A DNA stretch of 64,000 nt from contig JAUSJC010000010.1 of the NCBI GenBank assembly GCA_030647775.1, positions 136,718 through 200,717 on the forward strand, read 5' to 3'. The stretch is from Candidatus Curtissbacteria bacterium (GTDB taxonomy: Bacteria; Patescibacteriota; Microgenomatia; Curtissbacterales; GWA2-41-24). Positions 47,872-58,738 of this stretch are shown piece after piece. The notes under the pieces were generated by a model that made no database searches, was not told the origin of the DNA, and worked only from the letters and a program-made list of their open reading frames with translations. The number at the start of each line of letters is the position of its first letter. Position 1 is the stretch's first letter. The position numbers and the translations under genes were made by a program.

Positions 47872-50703
47872 ATGATTCACGAAATCAGAGTTATTTCTAA
47901 GAGTGAGACGGATCCTAGAGGGCAGGATCTTCTGGAGGAAATCCGAAGAACCCTAAAAATTAAGTCGATCAAAAATATTCGCACTGCCAAGGTTTATCGT
48001 TTGGAAGGCGTAACCCGCGCGCAGGCTCTTGTTTTTGCCCAAAAAGTTTTAGTCGAACCTATCGGCCAGCAGATGTCTATCGGCCGATCAGCCTTAAAAG
48101 GAGCGGCAAAAACCATCGAAGTAGCTTATAAACCAGGCGTCATGAACCCGGAAGCCGCATCGCTTATAAAAGCCGGCAAAGACATACGTGTAAACCCAAA
48201 AGCAGCAGATTCTTCATGGGAATATGCTTTCTTCGGAAAGTTATCACAAGACGAGCTGGCGGAAATTACTGAAAGGTTGCTAGTCAATAAAACGGTTGAA
48301 TACGTTGTCAAAACTTCTCCAAAAACTCTTCTTATTACAGGTACCATTGGAGACATCAAAACAATTCCGATCAGGAATTTAGATACGGGAAAGTTGATGG
48401 AACTTTCAAAAGATAAGCTCTTCTTAAATTTGGAGGAGATGATGATTTTAAAAAATTATTTCCAAAAAATTAAAAGAGATCCAACAGATTGTGAGGTAGA
48501 AACTATTGCCCAGACTTGGAGCGAACACTGCGTTCATAAAACCTTTAAGGCAAAGCTTGTAATCGACGGCAAAAATAAAGAACCGTTATTTTCCCGAATT
48601 AAAAAAACAGTTAAAAATAATCCGGCACTTATTGTCAGCGCTTTTGTTGATAATTCCGGAGTCATTGATTTTTATGACGGATACGCTATTTGTGGTAAAG
48701 CTGAAACCCACAACAGCCCTTCAGCTATCGAGCCCTATGGTGGGGCAATGACCGGTTCCGGCGGAGTCTTCCGCGATGTTCTGGGAACCGGTCAGGGCGC
48801 AAAACCAATCATTTCTACAGACATCTTTTGTTTTGCGTCTCCCAATATGCCCCCAAAATTACTGCCCCCGGGTTGTTTGCCGCCTGATTATTTGCTGCGA
48901 AAGGTTGTAGCCGGAGTTCGTGATTATGGCAACCGCGTTGGTATCCCGACCAATAATGGATCAATCCATTTTCATAACGATTTCAGGGCAAAGCCTACTG
49001 TGGCAGTTGGCGCTTTTGGTTTGATTCCCAAAAATCGGGCCCAAAAAGGTAAACCCAAAAAAGGTGATCTCATCTTAACTCTTGGTGGGAGAACCGGCCG
49101 TGATGGCATCCATGGTGCAACATTTTCTTCGGGGGAAATGACATCTCAGACCATTTCTGTTTCCGGTTCAGCTGTTCAAATCGGCAACGCCATTGAAGAA
49201 AAAAGAGTCATAGATACCATTATTCACCTGCGAGACCTCGGTCTAATTGTCGCTGTTACGGATTGCGGAGCCGGTGGATATTCGTCGGCTGCCGGAGAAA
49301 TGGGTCAAGTTGTTGGCGCCCGTGTTTATCTGGAAAAAGTTCCTCTCAAATATCCCGGCCTTGCCCCTTGGGAAATATTTCTTTCAGAGTCTCAGGAAAG
49401 AATGGTTATTGCCACTGATCAAAAAAACCTCAAGAAAGTATTAGAAATTGCCAAACTCTACAATGTCGAGGCGACCGTAATCGGAAATTTTGACGGATCA
49501 AAGAAACTTCATGTAAGTTACAAAAATAAAACAGTCTGTTCTTTGAACATGGACTTTTTACATAGCGGTTTGCCTCAGCGCCGAATGGTTGGTAGGTCGA
49601 AGAGAGTGGCCATCGGAGGGGAATTACCGTCCGTTCCTAAAGATTTAGAAAAAATATTTTTGCGGATTTTATCTCACGGCAATGTTTGCTCCAAAGAACC
49701 AATTGTCCGTCTTTACGATCACAATGTTCAAGGGACAAATGCTATGCACCCATTTGGTGGAGTGGACTTTGATGCTCCGAATGACGGGGCGATTGTCCGC
49801 CCGATTCTTTCTAAACCATACGGAGTTGTAGTAACTCATGGCCTGAATCCAGCCCTTAACAACCTTGATCCTTATTGGGGAAGCATTTGGGCTCTTACTG
49901 AAGCCGTTTCCAATTTTGTTGCCATTGGCGGGAAAATAAAAGATGCAGCCTTAATAGACAATTTTATCTGGCCATTCCCGGATGAAGAATCTTTGGCAGC
50001 ACTAGATAGCGCGGTCGACGCACTTTGTTTCTTGGCCAAAATTTTAAAAATGCCCTTTATTTCCGGTAAAGATAGCCTGTCTTCAACTTACAGATATCCG
50101 GACGGAAGAATCTTAAAAATACCTCCGGTCGTTTTAATTTCCGTTTTCGGAAAAATTAAAGACGTTGCTAAAACTGTCAGCTCTGATTTCAAAAAAGTAG
50201 GGTCAACGATTGTGCTGGTTGGTAACCCCGACGTTAAAAATCTTGGTGCTTCCGCTTATTTTGATATTACAAACTCATCGTCACCTAGTATCCCTAAAGT
50301 CGACACTAAAAATATAAATAAAGTTTTAGAAAGCATCTCTCAGGCAGTTGAAAGCGGACAAATTCTCTCCTGTCACGATATCTCCGAAGGCGGTGTTGCA
50401 ACAACTCTTGCAGAAATGGCTTTTGGGGGCGGATGTGGAGCAAGCATCAATATAGCCAAAATTACCAAAGGAAGACCGGATTTTGTTTTATTTTCTGAAA
50501 CAGCTGGAACCTTTTTAGTAGAAGTCGAAAGTGTCCAAATCGCCAAAAAGGCTTTCGCCGGCGTTCCTCACAAAATAATAGGCGAAACTCAGGAGGAAGA
50601 AATAATCGAAATTAATGCCGGCCAAAAGACTTTATTAAAAACACCAATCAAAAAGTTAAAAAATGCTTGGCAAAAACCGATGAAGGAGATTTTTCACCAG
50701 TGA
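47872..50703 (+). CDS. purL: Phosphoribosylformylglycinamidine synthase PurL with fused N-terminal PurS-like domain(s)
   Basis: 943 aa. The N-terminal ~170 aa are PurS-like (IRVISKSETDPRGQDLLEEIRRTL...VYRLEG). The PurL core follows from ...TWSEHCVHKTFKA. Confidence 0.9.
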   Translation: MIHEIRVISKSETDPRGQDLLEEIRRTLKIKSIKNIRTAKVYRLEGVTRAQALVFAQKVLVEPIGQQMSIGRSALKGAAKTIEVAYKPGVMNPEAASLIKAGKDIRVNPKAADSSWEYAFFGKLSQDELAEITERLLVNKTVEYVVKTSPKTLLITGTIGDIKTIPIRNLDTGKLMELSKDKLFLNLEEMMILKNYFQKIKRDPTDCEVETIAQTWSEHCVHKTFKAKLVIDGKNKEPLFSRIKKTVKNNPALIVSAFVDNSGVIDFYDGYAICGKAETHNSPSAIEPYGGAMTGSGGVFRDVLGTGQGAKPIISTDIFCFASPNMPPKLLPPGCLPPDYLLRKVVAGVRDYGNRVGIPTNNGSIHFHNDFRAKPTVAVGAFGLIPKNRAQKGKPKKGDLILTLGGRTGRDGIHGATFSSGEMTSQTISVSGSAVQIGNAIEEKRVIDTIIHLRDLGLIVAVTDCGAGGYSSAAGEMGQVVGARVYLEKVPLKYPGLAPWEIFLSESQERMVIATDQKNLKKVLEIAKLYNVEATVIGNFDGSKKLHVSYKNKTVCSLNMDFLHSGLPQRRMVGRSKRVAIGGELPSVPKDLEKIFLRILSHGNVCSKEPIVRLYDHNVQGTNAMHPFGGVDFDAPNDGAIVRPILSKPYGVVVTHGLNPALNNLDPYWGSIWALTEAVSNFVAIGGKIKDAALIDNFIWPFPDEESLAALDSAVDALCFLAKILKMPFISGKDSLSSTYRYPDGRILKIPPVVLISVFGKIKDVAKTVSSDFKKVGSTIVLVGNPDVKNLGASAYFDITNSSSPSIPKVDTKNINKVLESISQAVESGQILSCHDISEGGVATTLAEMAFGGGCGASINIAKITKGRPDFVLFSETAGTFLVEVESVQIAKKAFAGVPHKIIGETQEEEIIEINAGQKTLLKTPIKKLKNAWQKPMKEIFHQ

Positions 50704-51473
50704 CAAAACCTAAAGTTTGTATTTTGAGGACTGACGGCACCAATTGCGACGAAGAACTTTTCTATGCGTTCGAAAAATTCGGCGCATCTCCGAAATTTGT
50801 CCATGTAAATGAATTGAGGGGCAAAAGTAAACGCTTAAAAGAATTTAATATCTTAGCGCTTCCCGGAGGGTTTACTTATGGGGATGATGTCGCCTCCGGG
50901 AAAATCTTGGCGGTAGAACTTGTTAGTTTTTTGAAAAATGAAATAGAAGATTTCGTCGCCAAATATGGACTGGTCATTGGTATCTGCAATGGATTTCAAA
51001 CTCTAATCAGAACTGGCCTTCTGCCATTTACGAAATTCGGCCAAATGGATGCAACCCTCGCCCAAAACGAGAGCGGCCATTTTGAATGCCGCTGGATTAA
51101 AGTAAAAGTTCAAAAAAGTAAGTGCGTTTTTTTACCCCAGTCAAATGAAATTTTTGACATTGCAGTTAATCACGGGGAAGGCAGAATTGATGCTCCCCAA
51201 AATATCATCAAGAAGATTGAGAATGAAGATCTTGTCGTTTTAAAATACGTTGATGAAAAAGGAAACCCAACCCAAAAGTATCCCCAAAATCCAAACGGAT
51301 CGGTGAATGCCATTGCCGGAATTTGCAACCAAACAGGGAGAATTTTAGGCCTTATGCCTCACCCGGAAAAATTTGTTGACGCTACTCAATACCCAAATTG
51401 GAGAAGATCAGTTAGTGGTAACTCTCCGGGCTTTATTATAAAAAACATGGTAAAATTCGCCCAAAGCTCATGA
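50700..51473 (+). CDS. purQ: Phosphoribosylformylglycinamidine synthase glutaminase subunit PurQ
   Basis: GTG start overlapping the purL stop (GTGA). KVCILRTDGTNCDEE...GICNGFQ...HPE. Confidence 0.9.
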   Translation: MTKPKVCILRTDGTNCDEELFYAFEKFGASPKFVHVNELRGKSKRLKEFNILALPGGFTYGDDVASGKILAVELVSFLKNEIEDFVAKYGLVIGICNGFQTLIRTGLLPFTKFGQMDATLAQNESGHFECRWIKVKVQKSKCVFLPQSNEIFDIAVNHGEGRIDAPQNIIKKIENEDLVVLKYVDEKGNPTQKYPQNPNGSVNAIAGICNQTGRILGLMPHPEKFVDATQYPNWRRSVSGNSPGFIIKNMVKFAQSS

Positions 51474-52564
51474 AAAAAATAACTTATGCCCAAGTCGGCG
51501 ATGATTATGACACCAAAGACCCTGTCAAAAAATTAGCACAGCTTGCGGCCCGCCAGACAATCATAAAAGAAAAATCGGGTTTCAAAGAAATTTCCGACAG
51601 TCGCGGAGAATCCGCTTTTGTCTGGGAGCAAGATGGTATTTTAATGGCATCCGTAGTCGAAGGGCTCGGCACCAAAAACCTAGTCGCCGACGCAATGCGC
51701 AGTGGCGCCAAAACGTATTACGATGTAATTGGATACGATACGGTTGCAACTATTATTAATGACCTGATTACGGTTGGAGCAAAACCGCGCGTGGTTCATG
51801 CGTATTGGGCAATCGAAGATAACAGCTGGTTAGAGGATAAAAGGAGGATGATTGATTTTATAAATGGTTGGCGCGAGGCTTGCATAATATCAATGGCGAC
51901 TTGGGGTGGAGGAGAAACACCAACGTTAAAAGGTGTTATAGAAAAGGGAACGATAGATTTAGGCGGGTCAGCCTTTGGGGTTATAGGAGATAGAAAGCGA
52001 CTTATAACAGACAAAAAATTAAAGGCAGGAGATAGAATAATCCTAGTTAAATCAAACGGTATCAACTGTAATGGGCTTTCACTGGCAAGAGCAGTTTCCA
52101 GAAAATTGCCAAATGGTTATCAGACAAAACTTCCAAGTGGAAAAACTTATGGTGAAGCACTTTTAACTAAAACAAACATTTACGCCAAACTCATCCAGAA
52201 TCTTTTAGATGCGGATATTGATATTCATTACATTTCTAACATTACCGGGCATGGATTAAGGAAGGTCATGCGGGCGCGAGGCAACTTCACTTATATTATA
52301 GATAAGATCTTTAAGCCTCAAGAGATTTTTACTTTTATCCAAAAACATGCAAATCTTTCAGATGACGAAATGTATCAAACATTTAATATGGGTCAAGACT
52401 ATGCGCTTTTTATTCAAGCCGAAGATGTAATAAAAACTCAGGAGATAATAAGAAAAAATAGATTTGAGAGTCTTGATGCGGGCTATGTTGAAAAAGGTCC
52501 TCGCCGAGTCATTATTAAACCGAAAGATATAATCTTTGAATCCGAAACATTAGACCTTAGATAA
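51470..52564 (+). CDS. purM: AIR synthetase (PurM-family)
   Basis: YAQVGDDYDTKD N-terminus and VEGLGTKN motif, both AIRS-family. Placement in the cluster supports PurM. Confidence 0.75.
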   Translation: MKKITYAQVGDDYDTKDPVKKLAQLAARQTIIKEKSGFKEISDSRGESAFVWEQDGILMASVVEGLGTKNLVADAMRSGAKTYYDVIGYDTVATIINDLITVGAKPRVVHAYWAIEDNSWLEDKRRMIDFINGWREACIISMATWGGGETPTLKGVIEKGTIDLGGSAFGVIGDRKRLITDKKLKAGDRIILVKSNGINCNGLSLARAVSRKLPNGYQTKLPSGKTYGEALLTKTNIYAKLIQNLLDADIDIHYISNITGHGLRKVMRARGNFTYIIDKIFKPQEIFTFIQKHANLSDDEMYQTFNMGQDYALFIQAEDVIKTQEIIRKNRFESLDAGYVEKGPRRVIIKPKDIIFESETLDLR

Positions 52565-52567
52565 AAA

Positions 52568-53050
52568 CTACTGTGCACTTGGTGTGGCCGAAGGTGTGGT
52601 GCTTGCCGGAGCCACAATACACGGTTCCAGTTTTGCTTTTTCGTCTGCAGTAAGAACCGAAGTGTCACCCCTTGTCATAACTCTTTGAATCGCATCTTGC
52701 GACAGTGCCTGTTCTGTACAGGCAATATTTACCTTTCCTACACCCGGCAGGTCAGCTTCGGTTTGAGGTTGTGTTTGAGAAACAGGGGCTTGAGCTTTGC
52801 TAAAAATGCCGTTTAAAAATCCCTGTTTAACACTTTGAAGTACGACGAGTGATGCAAAAAGCCCGACGAATATCCAAATTAGAAGAAAAATAGTGGCAAG
52901 ATAAATATTTACCTTTTGGAGTTTTTCAGTGTAATTAATTTTAAGAATAGAAATTCCCCTCTTTAGAGAAATCTCATTATTCGAGATATTTCTTTCTGTA
53001 GATTTTTTTAGTGGCATTATTTTTTGGGGGCAGAAATTAGAATTATGCAA
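52568..53050 (-). CDS. Hypothetical single-pass membrane protein
   Basis: 160 aa; TM helix LATIFLLIWIFVGLFASLVVL; C-terminal T/P/S/A-rich tail. Confidence 0.35.
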   Translation of the reverse strand: MHNSNFCPQKIMPLKKSTERNISNNEISLKRGISILKINYTEKLQKVNIYLATIFLLIWIFVGLFASLVVLQSVKQGFLNGIFSKAQAPVSQTQPQTEADLPGVGKVNIACTEQALSQDAIQRVMTRGDTSVLTADEKAKLEPCIVAPASTTPSATPSAQ

Positions 53051-53402
53051 ATAACTTTAACCTAAAGCTAAAGTAAAATCAAGCAGCAAGCCAACTATCC
53101 CTTAACTGGGACTTTAATGTCTTTGACAAGCTTTATCCCAATGCCGGCGATGTTAGATCCGCTCGAAGCAATAAATACCATTAAGAGATAAAAGTTGGCG
53201 CTTCAACATTAAATACTTGCGACGGTTTACTTTTCCTGGTCAGTACATTGGAGATTAAAAAGATAAGGAGAATGATCATCAAGACTCCCGCCGCCAAAAG
53301 CACATAGCCAATTATTTTATCGACTTTAATATCCCCAATTCCCACCGTATAAAAACTATAGCCTTTTTTGCATTTTTTGGAAAACCAGAGTAGAATACGT
53401 CA

Positions 53403-54416
53403 ATGGAGGCCTACAAACGCTACAAAATTGCAACTCTGGGCTCTCACTCCGCCCTGCAGATATTAAAAGGCGCCCACGACGAAGGATTTAAAACCCTCTT
53501 GGTTTGTACTTCCGACCGCATCTCACTTTACGGACGCTTTAATTTTATCGACAAAATAATCGAAATTAAAAGCTATTCGGATTTTCCAAAAATCGAAAGT
53601 ATACTAATAAAAGAAAAGGCAATCATTATTCCCCATGGCTCCTTTGTTGCCTATTTAGGGCTGGAAGAAAATAAGAAAATGAAGGTTCCTTACTTTGGCA
53701 ATAAAAAAGTCCTAGATTGGGAATCGGACCGGCTTAAACAAAGGGAATGGATGGAAAAAGCGGGAATCCCTGTCCCCCGAAAATATAATACACCAAATGA
53801 AATTGATAAACCCGTTCTTGTAAAAACATATGGTGCTGCCGGCGGTCATGGATACTTTTTTGCTAAAAACAAAAAACAATTTGCCCTTCGTATTAAAAGT
53901 CTTAAAAACAAACCGCATCTTATTCAAGAATATGTTATAGGTGTCCCGCTTTACATTCATTATTTTTATTCGCCACTTACCGATAAACTTGAGATCCTTT
54001 CAATTGATAAACGCTATGAAACCAACGTTGATTCGCTTGGCCGTATCCCCTCGCAAAACCAGCAAGGTTTAGGTATAGAACCTTCATTTGTAGTGGTTGG
54101 CAATAGCCCGCTCGTTCTTAGGGAATCGCTTTTAGCAGATGCCTTTGAAATGGGTGAAAGGGTAGTAAGGGAATCTAAAGAACTAATGCCGGGTGGTTTA
54201 TGGGGTCCTTTTTGCCTGGAAACGATTATCACCCCCCAGCAAAAGTTTTATATCATTGAGATTTCCTGCCGCATCGTTGCCGGGACTAACCTTTTTATTA
54301 ACGGGTCACCGTATGCTTCCCTTTATTACGACAAGGAAGTTTCTACGGGCCGTCGAATTGCTATGGAGATTAAAGACGCGATCAAATCGAAATCCTTGGC
54401 TAAAATTTTAAATTAA
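53403..54416 (+). CDS. purP: Archaeal-type FAICAR synthetase (PurP), paralogue 1
   Basis: IATLGSHSALQILKGAHDEGF, IIPHGSFVAYLG, YFGNKKVLDWESDR, YIHYFYSPL, DKRYETNVDSLGRIP and GPFCLE align along the full length with Methanocaldococcus PurP (MJ0136), recalled from memory. Confidence 0.85.
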   Translation: MEAYKRYKIATLGSHSALQILKGAHDEGFKTLLVCTSDRISLYGRFNFIDKIIEIKSYSDFPKIESILIKEKAIIIPHGSFVAYLGLEENKKMKVPYFGNKKVLDWESDRLKQREWMEKAGIPVPRKYNTPNEIDKPVLVKTYGAAGGHGYFFAKNKKQFALRIKSLKNKPHLIQEYVIGVPLYIHYFYSPLTDKLEILSIDKRYETNVDSLGRIPSQNQQGLGIEPSFVVVGNSPLVLRESLLADAFEMGERVVRESKELMPGGLWGPFCLETIITPQQKFYIIEISCRIVAGTNLFINGSPYASLYYDKEVSTGRRIAMEIKDAIKSKSLAKILN

Positions 54417-54417
54417 T

Positions 54418-55695
54418 ATGAAAAAATCACTTAAAAATTGGCAAGGGGTAACAGCCATTATCGGAGTCGATTGGGGAGATTCCGGCAAAGGTAGAATTAT
54501 CGACGATTTGGCTCAAAATGCCGATGTCGCTGCGCGTTTCAATGGTGGCGCGAATACTGGCCACACAATAGAGAATAACTTTGGTAAGTTCGCGCTCCAC
54601 ATTGTTCCATCGGGAATCTTTAATAAAAAAACAATCTGCCTCGTCGGTCGAGGCGTTGCCTGCGACCTGGAATCTTTAATCGACGATGAATTCAAACAAT
54701 TAAAAAAAGCGGGAGTTTCATGGCGAAACTTAATAATCGACCCGTCGGCAACTTTGACCATGCCGTGGCACAAGTTAAAAGATGGCCTTCGGGAAAATAC
54801 CCGCAGACAAAAAATCGGCACTACCGGCAGGGGAGTCGGTCCTGCTTATGCCGATAGAGTCGAAAGGGTAGGTCTACAAGTAGGCGATCTTTATAAAAAT
54901 GATTTTTCGAAGTTATTGAAAGAAGAAATCGATTTTCAGAATAAATATTTTGCTCTAGAACTTTCGTATCAAAAAATTCTAACTCAATTCCAAAATTATG
55001 CCAAAGTTACCAAACCACTTATTGGCAGGACAATACCTATTATGCAAAAAGCCATTCAAAAAGGCCAAAATATCCTTTTTGAAGGGGCACAAGGGTGGCT
55101 TTTGGATGTTGATGCCGGTACATACCCTTTCGTTACATCTTCAAATACGGGAATCATCGGTATTTGGAAATCATTTGATCTTCATCCCAAAAAAATCAAC
55201 AACATAATTGGTATTACCAAAGCTTACACAACGCGAGTCGGTGCCGGGCCCATACCCACCAAAATAGAAGGGCGAGAAAGGCAATTAATCATAGAAAAAG
55301 GTCACGAAATTGGCACCACATCCGGTCGGACTCGGGACCCCGGTTGGCTAGATCTGGTTTTATTAAAAGCGGCAGCCGAAGTTAATGGAGTAAATCAGCT
55401 GGCTCTTACCAAACTGGATATTTTTTCAGGTTTCAAAAAAATCAAAATTTGTGTCGGCTATACGATTGGTGATAAAAAAGTTGATTATTTGTCAGGAAAT
55501 GCCGACTTCTTATCAAAATGTAAACCTGTTTATATGGAATTAGATGGTTGGAAAAAAGATATCTCTAAAATAAGAAAATTTACCCTACTTCCAAAAGCCG
55601 CCCAAAATTATATAAGAACTATCGAAAAAATAACGAACGTACCAATCACATTTATAGGTGTGGGTCCAAAAAGGGAAGAAGTAATTTATGTCTAA
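54418..55695 (+). CDS. purA: Adenylosuccinate synthetase
   Basis: VTAIIGVDWGDSGKGRIID, GANTGH and GTTGRGVGPAY motifs. Confidence 0.95.
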   Translation: MKKSLKNWQGVTAIIGVDWGDSGKGRIIDDLAQNADVAARFNGGANTGHTIENNFGKFALHIVPSGIFNKKTICLVGRGVACDLESLIDDEFKQLKKAGVSWRNLIIDPSATLTMPWHKLKDGLRENTRRQKIGTTGRGVGPAYADRVERVGLQVGDLYKNDFSKLLKEEIDFQNKYFALELSYQKILTQFQNYAKVTKPLIGRTIPIMQKAIQKGQNILFEGAQGWLLDVDAGTYPFVTSSNTGIIGIWKSFDLHPKKINNIIGITKAYTTRVGAGPIPTKIEGRERQLIIEKGHEIGTTSGRTRDPGWLDLVLLKAAAEVNGVNQLALTKLDIFSGFKKIKICVGYTIGDKKVDYLSGNADFLSKCKPVYMELDGWKKDISKIRKFTLLPKAAQNYIRTIEKITNVPITFIGVGPKREEVIYV

Positions 55696-56779
55696 AAAAT
55701 CACAAAAACCCACAATTGCCGTTTTAGGCAGTCACAGTGCTCTTGATGTTTGTCGTGGCGCCAAGGACGAAGGTTTTGACACTCTGGTTGTTGTTGAAAA
55801 AGGCCGCGACAAAACTTATGCAAACTATTTTAAATCAAATGGCTCTTTAGGTTGCGTCGACGAAGTTCTATACGTCGAAAAATTTAAGGATATCCTAAAA
55901 CCAGAAATCATAAAAATCCTCAAAAGCAAAAATGCGATTTTCATTCCCCACAGGTCATTTGAAGTTTACATTAACAATTACGATGCTATAGAAAACGATT
56001 TTGACATTCCAATTTTTGGCAATCGCAGACTCCTGCGTGTAGAGGAAAGGACTGAAAAACCAAATCAATACGATCTTTTACAAAAAGCGGGTATTAGATT
56101 TCCTAAACAATTTAAAAGCCCAAACGATATCGACCGCCTGGTAATAGTAAAAGTCTTAGAAAATGAGCGAGGTTTTGAAAGAGCATTTTTTGTAGTCAAT
56201 TCAGTAGGCCAATATGAGGCAGAGTCGCAGAGATTGATCAAAGATGGAAGAATTACAAAGAAGGCCCTTGAAGAAGCAGTTATAGAAGAATTCCTTTTAG
56301 GAGTTCAGGTAAATTATAACTTTTTTTATTCCTCTCTCCATAATAGATTAGAACTGATCGGTACGGATACTAGAAGACAAACAAACTTAGATGGATTTAT
56401 AAGATTACCAGGAATTTATCAACATCAAGTTAGGGATAACGTCACTTACGAAGAGGCGGGTCACATTGCTGTAACAACGCTCGAGTCACTTTTAGAACCG
56501 GCTTTCGAAATCGGTGAAAGATTTGTAAATGCCGCGAAGGAAATGTTTACTCCGGGGGTTATCGGACCATTTAGTTTGCAGGCAGTTGTAACGCCCGGTC
56601 CGCCTAAAAAAGAAATAGTAGTTTTTGATGTATCACCAAGAATGCCGGGGAGCCCGGGAATCTTTGCTACACCTTATTCAGGCTATCTTTACGGGCAATC
56701 AATATCTATGGGAAGGCGAGTTGCCATTGAAATTAAAAATGCTTTAAAATCCAAGAAACTTTCTAAAATCACAACATGA
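55688..56779 (+). CDS. purP: Archaeal-type FAICAR synthetase (PurP), paralogue 2
   Basis: IAVLGSHSALDVCRGAKDEGF, FIPHRSFEVY, IFGNRRLLRVEER, YNFFYSSL, DTRRQTNLDGFIRLP and GPFSLQ. It is clearly paralogous to 53403-54416. Confidence 0.85.
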   Translation: MSKKSQKPTIAVLGSHSALDVCRGAKDEGFDTLVVVEKGRDKTYANYFKSNGSLGCVDEVLYVEKFKDILKPEIIKILKSKNAIFIPHRSFEVYINNYDAIENDFDIPIFGNRRLLRVEERTEKPNQYDLLQKAGIRFPKQFKSPNDIDRLVIVKVLENERGFERAFFVVNSVGQYEAESQRLIKDGRITKKALEEAVIEEFLLGVQVNYNFFYSSLHNRLELIGTDTRRQTNLDGFIRLPGIYQHQVRDNVTYEEAGHIAVTTLESLLEPAFEIGERFVNAAKEMFTPGVIGPFSLQAVVTPGPPKKEIVVFDVSPRMPGSPGIFATPYSGYLYGQSISMGRRVAIEIKNALKSKKLSKITT

Positions 56780-58182
56780 GCAAAATTGATTTTACAAATT
56801 ACCAATCACCATTTTCCTGGCGTTATGGCTCGCAGGAGATGCGCCGGATATTTTCCGAAGTAAACAAGCGAAAAACTTGGCGCAAAGTTTGGGTAGCTTT
56901 AGCAAAAGCCCAAAAAAAAGCTGGACTTTTAACAGATGATGAATTCAACTCCATTAAAAAAAATGCCGAGAATATTGATATCGAAAGAGCCCACGAAATC
57001 GAAAAAGAAATATACCATGATTTAATGGCCGAAATCCGCACGTTTGCCGAGCAGTCAGGTAAATCCGGCGGCAAAATCCATCTCGGTTCGACCAGTACTG
57101 ATATTGAAGATAACGCCCAAATAATAAATATTCACGATGCTCTAAATATCATTGAAAAAGAATTGATAGAGTTGCTTAAGAGTTTTGCCGTAAGTATTCA
57201 AAAATACCAAAATCTGATTTGTATGGGTTACACCCATCTCCAGCCGGCCGAACCGACGACCTTAGGATACCGTTTTGCCACCTATGCCCAGGATTTATTG
57301 AACGATTTAAAACTCTTAAGATTTTTTAGACAAAACTTGCGGGCCAAAGGCATGAAAGGGGCAGTCGGAACCAGCGCTTCCTACGTAAAGTTATTAGATG
57401 GTAAATCGATTGACGCTTTTAAAATGAGTAGGCAAGTTATGGCAGACCTGGGTCTTGCCGAAACAATAGTTAACTATCAAACATACCCCAGAAAAACCGA
57501 TTTACATCTAACTTTTGTCCTTTCCGGGATTGCCCAGTCACTCCACAAATTCGCTTTTGACCTGAGGATTATGCAGTCTCCAAACTTTGGCGAGTGGTCA
57601 GAACCCCGCGGAGAAAAAAGGGTCGGTTCGTCTGCCATGCCGTTTAAAAGAAATCCCGATAAAGCCGAAAAAATTTGCTCCCTTGCCCGTTATATTTCGT
57701 CACTTACCGATATCGCTTGGAACAACGCCGCAAACACTCTTCTTGAGCGGACTTTAGACGACAGTGCTTCAAGAAGAATTTTTATTCCGGAATCATTTCT
57801 GGCTGCAGACGAGATCTTAAAAGTTACTACCGAGCTAGTTAAAGGCCTAGTTATCTTTGAAAAAAGTATCAAAAGGAATCTGGAAAAATTCGGCCCGTTT
57901 GCCGCAACCGAAACACTGATGATGGAAGCGGTCAAAAACGGCGCTGATAGGCAAAAGATCCATGAAGTAATTCGCGAGATTGCCATGGAATCCTGGAACG
58001 CGATGAATGACGACAAAAGTAACCCCTTGGTTGAAATGCTTAAAAAGGATAAAATAATTACGAAGTTTGTGAAACCTGATAAAATTTCATTACTGCTCGA
58101 TCCTGCCAAACATACAGGTCTAGCCCCAAAAAGGTGCCTGATGTTTTTGAAAGAATTACAGATGGAGATTAAAAATGAATAA
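56776..58182 (+). CDS. purB: Adenylosuccinate lyase
   Basis: 468 aa. Fumarate-lyase signature GSSAMPFKRNP. Confidence 0.93.
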   Translation: MSKIDFTNYQSPFSWRYGSQEMRRIFSEVNKRKTWRKVWVALAKAQKKAGLLTDDEFNSIKKNAENIDIERAHEIEKEIYHDLMAEIRTFAEQSGKSGGKIHLGSTSTDIEDNAQIINIHDALNIIEKELIELLKSFAVSIQKYQNLICMGYTHLQPAEPTTLGYRFATYAQDLLNDLKLLRFFRQNLRAKGMKGAVGTSASYVKLLDGKSIDAFKMSRQVMADLGLAETIVNYQTYPRKTDLHLTFVLSGIAQSLHKFAFDLRIMQSPNFGEWSEPRGEKRVGSSAMPFKRNPDKAEKICSLARYISSLTDIAWNNAANTLLERTLDDSASRRIFIPESFLAADEILKVTTELVKGLVIFEKSIKRNLEKFGPFAATETLMMEAVKNGADRQKIHEVIREIAMESWNAMNDDKSNPLVEMLKKDKIITKFVKPDKISLLLDPAKHTGLAPKRCLMFLKELQMEIKNE

Positions 58183-58738
58183 GCAAAGCTTTTCTGCGAA
58201 TAAGCTGAGCTTTTCTACGAATAAGCCGCAAGTTGCAATTATCATGGGGTCAGATTCAGATCTGGAGGTCATGTCCGAAGCCGCCAAAGTTTTGGATGAA
58301 TTCGGTATCGGTTATGAAATTTTAATTCTCTCTACGCACCGCGCGCCCGACCAAACAGCACAGTATGCAAAAAGCGCTAAAGCTAAAGGCATAAAAGTAA
58401 TAATTGCCGGCGCCGGCGGGGCAGCTGCCCTTCCGGGTTCGATAGCGTCCTTCACACCTCTTCCGGTAATCGGCGTTCCCGTAAAGGCAAAATCTTTGGA
58501 CGGGATAGACTCACTTCTTTCTATGTTCCAAATGCCGCCGGGCGTGCCGGTAGCCGTTGTTGGTATCAATGGGGCCAAAAATGCCGGTATCCTTGCCGCT
58601 CAAATCATTGGCGCATCCGACCCAAAAATTTCAAAAAAGGTTGTCGAATATAAAGAAAAAATCAAAAAAGAAGTCCTGGCAAAAAACTTAAAAGTTAAAA
58701 ACATTGGCTGGGAAGCGTATTTAAAGGGGAAAAAATGA
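58175..58738 (+). CDS. purE: N5-CAIR mutase / AIR carboxylase catalytic subunit PurE
   Basis: VAIIMGSDSDLEVM...IILSTHRAPD...VIIAGAGGAAALPG. The N-terminus carries a 24-nt tandem duplication (SFSANKLSFSTNK). Confidence 0.9.
   Translation: MNKQSFSANKLSFSTNKPQVAIIMGSDSDLEVMSEAAKVLDEFGIGYEILILSTHRAPDQTAQYAKSAKAKGIKVIIAGAGGAAALPGSIASFTPLPVIGVPVKAKSLDGIDSLLSMFQMPPGVPVAVVGINGAKNAGILAAQIIGASDPKISKKVVEYKEKIKKEVLAKNLKVKNIGWEAYLKGKK

Noticed and set aside
53221-53400. A possible 55-aa GTG-initiated single-TM peptide on the minus strand upstream of purP.
   Set aside because: It is below the ORF-track threshold, with no ribosome-binding site or conservation evidence. Too weak to call.
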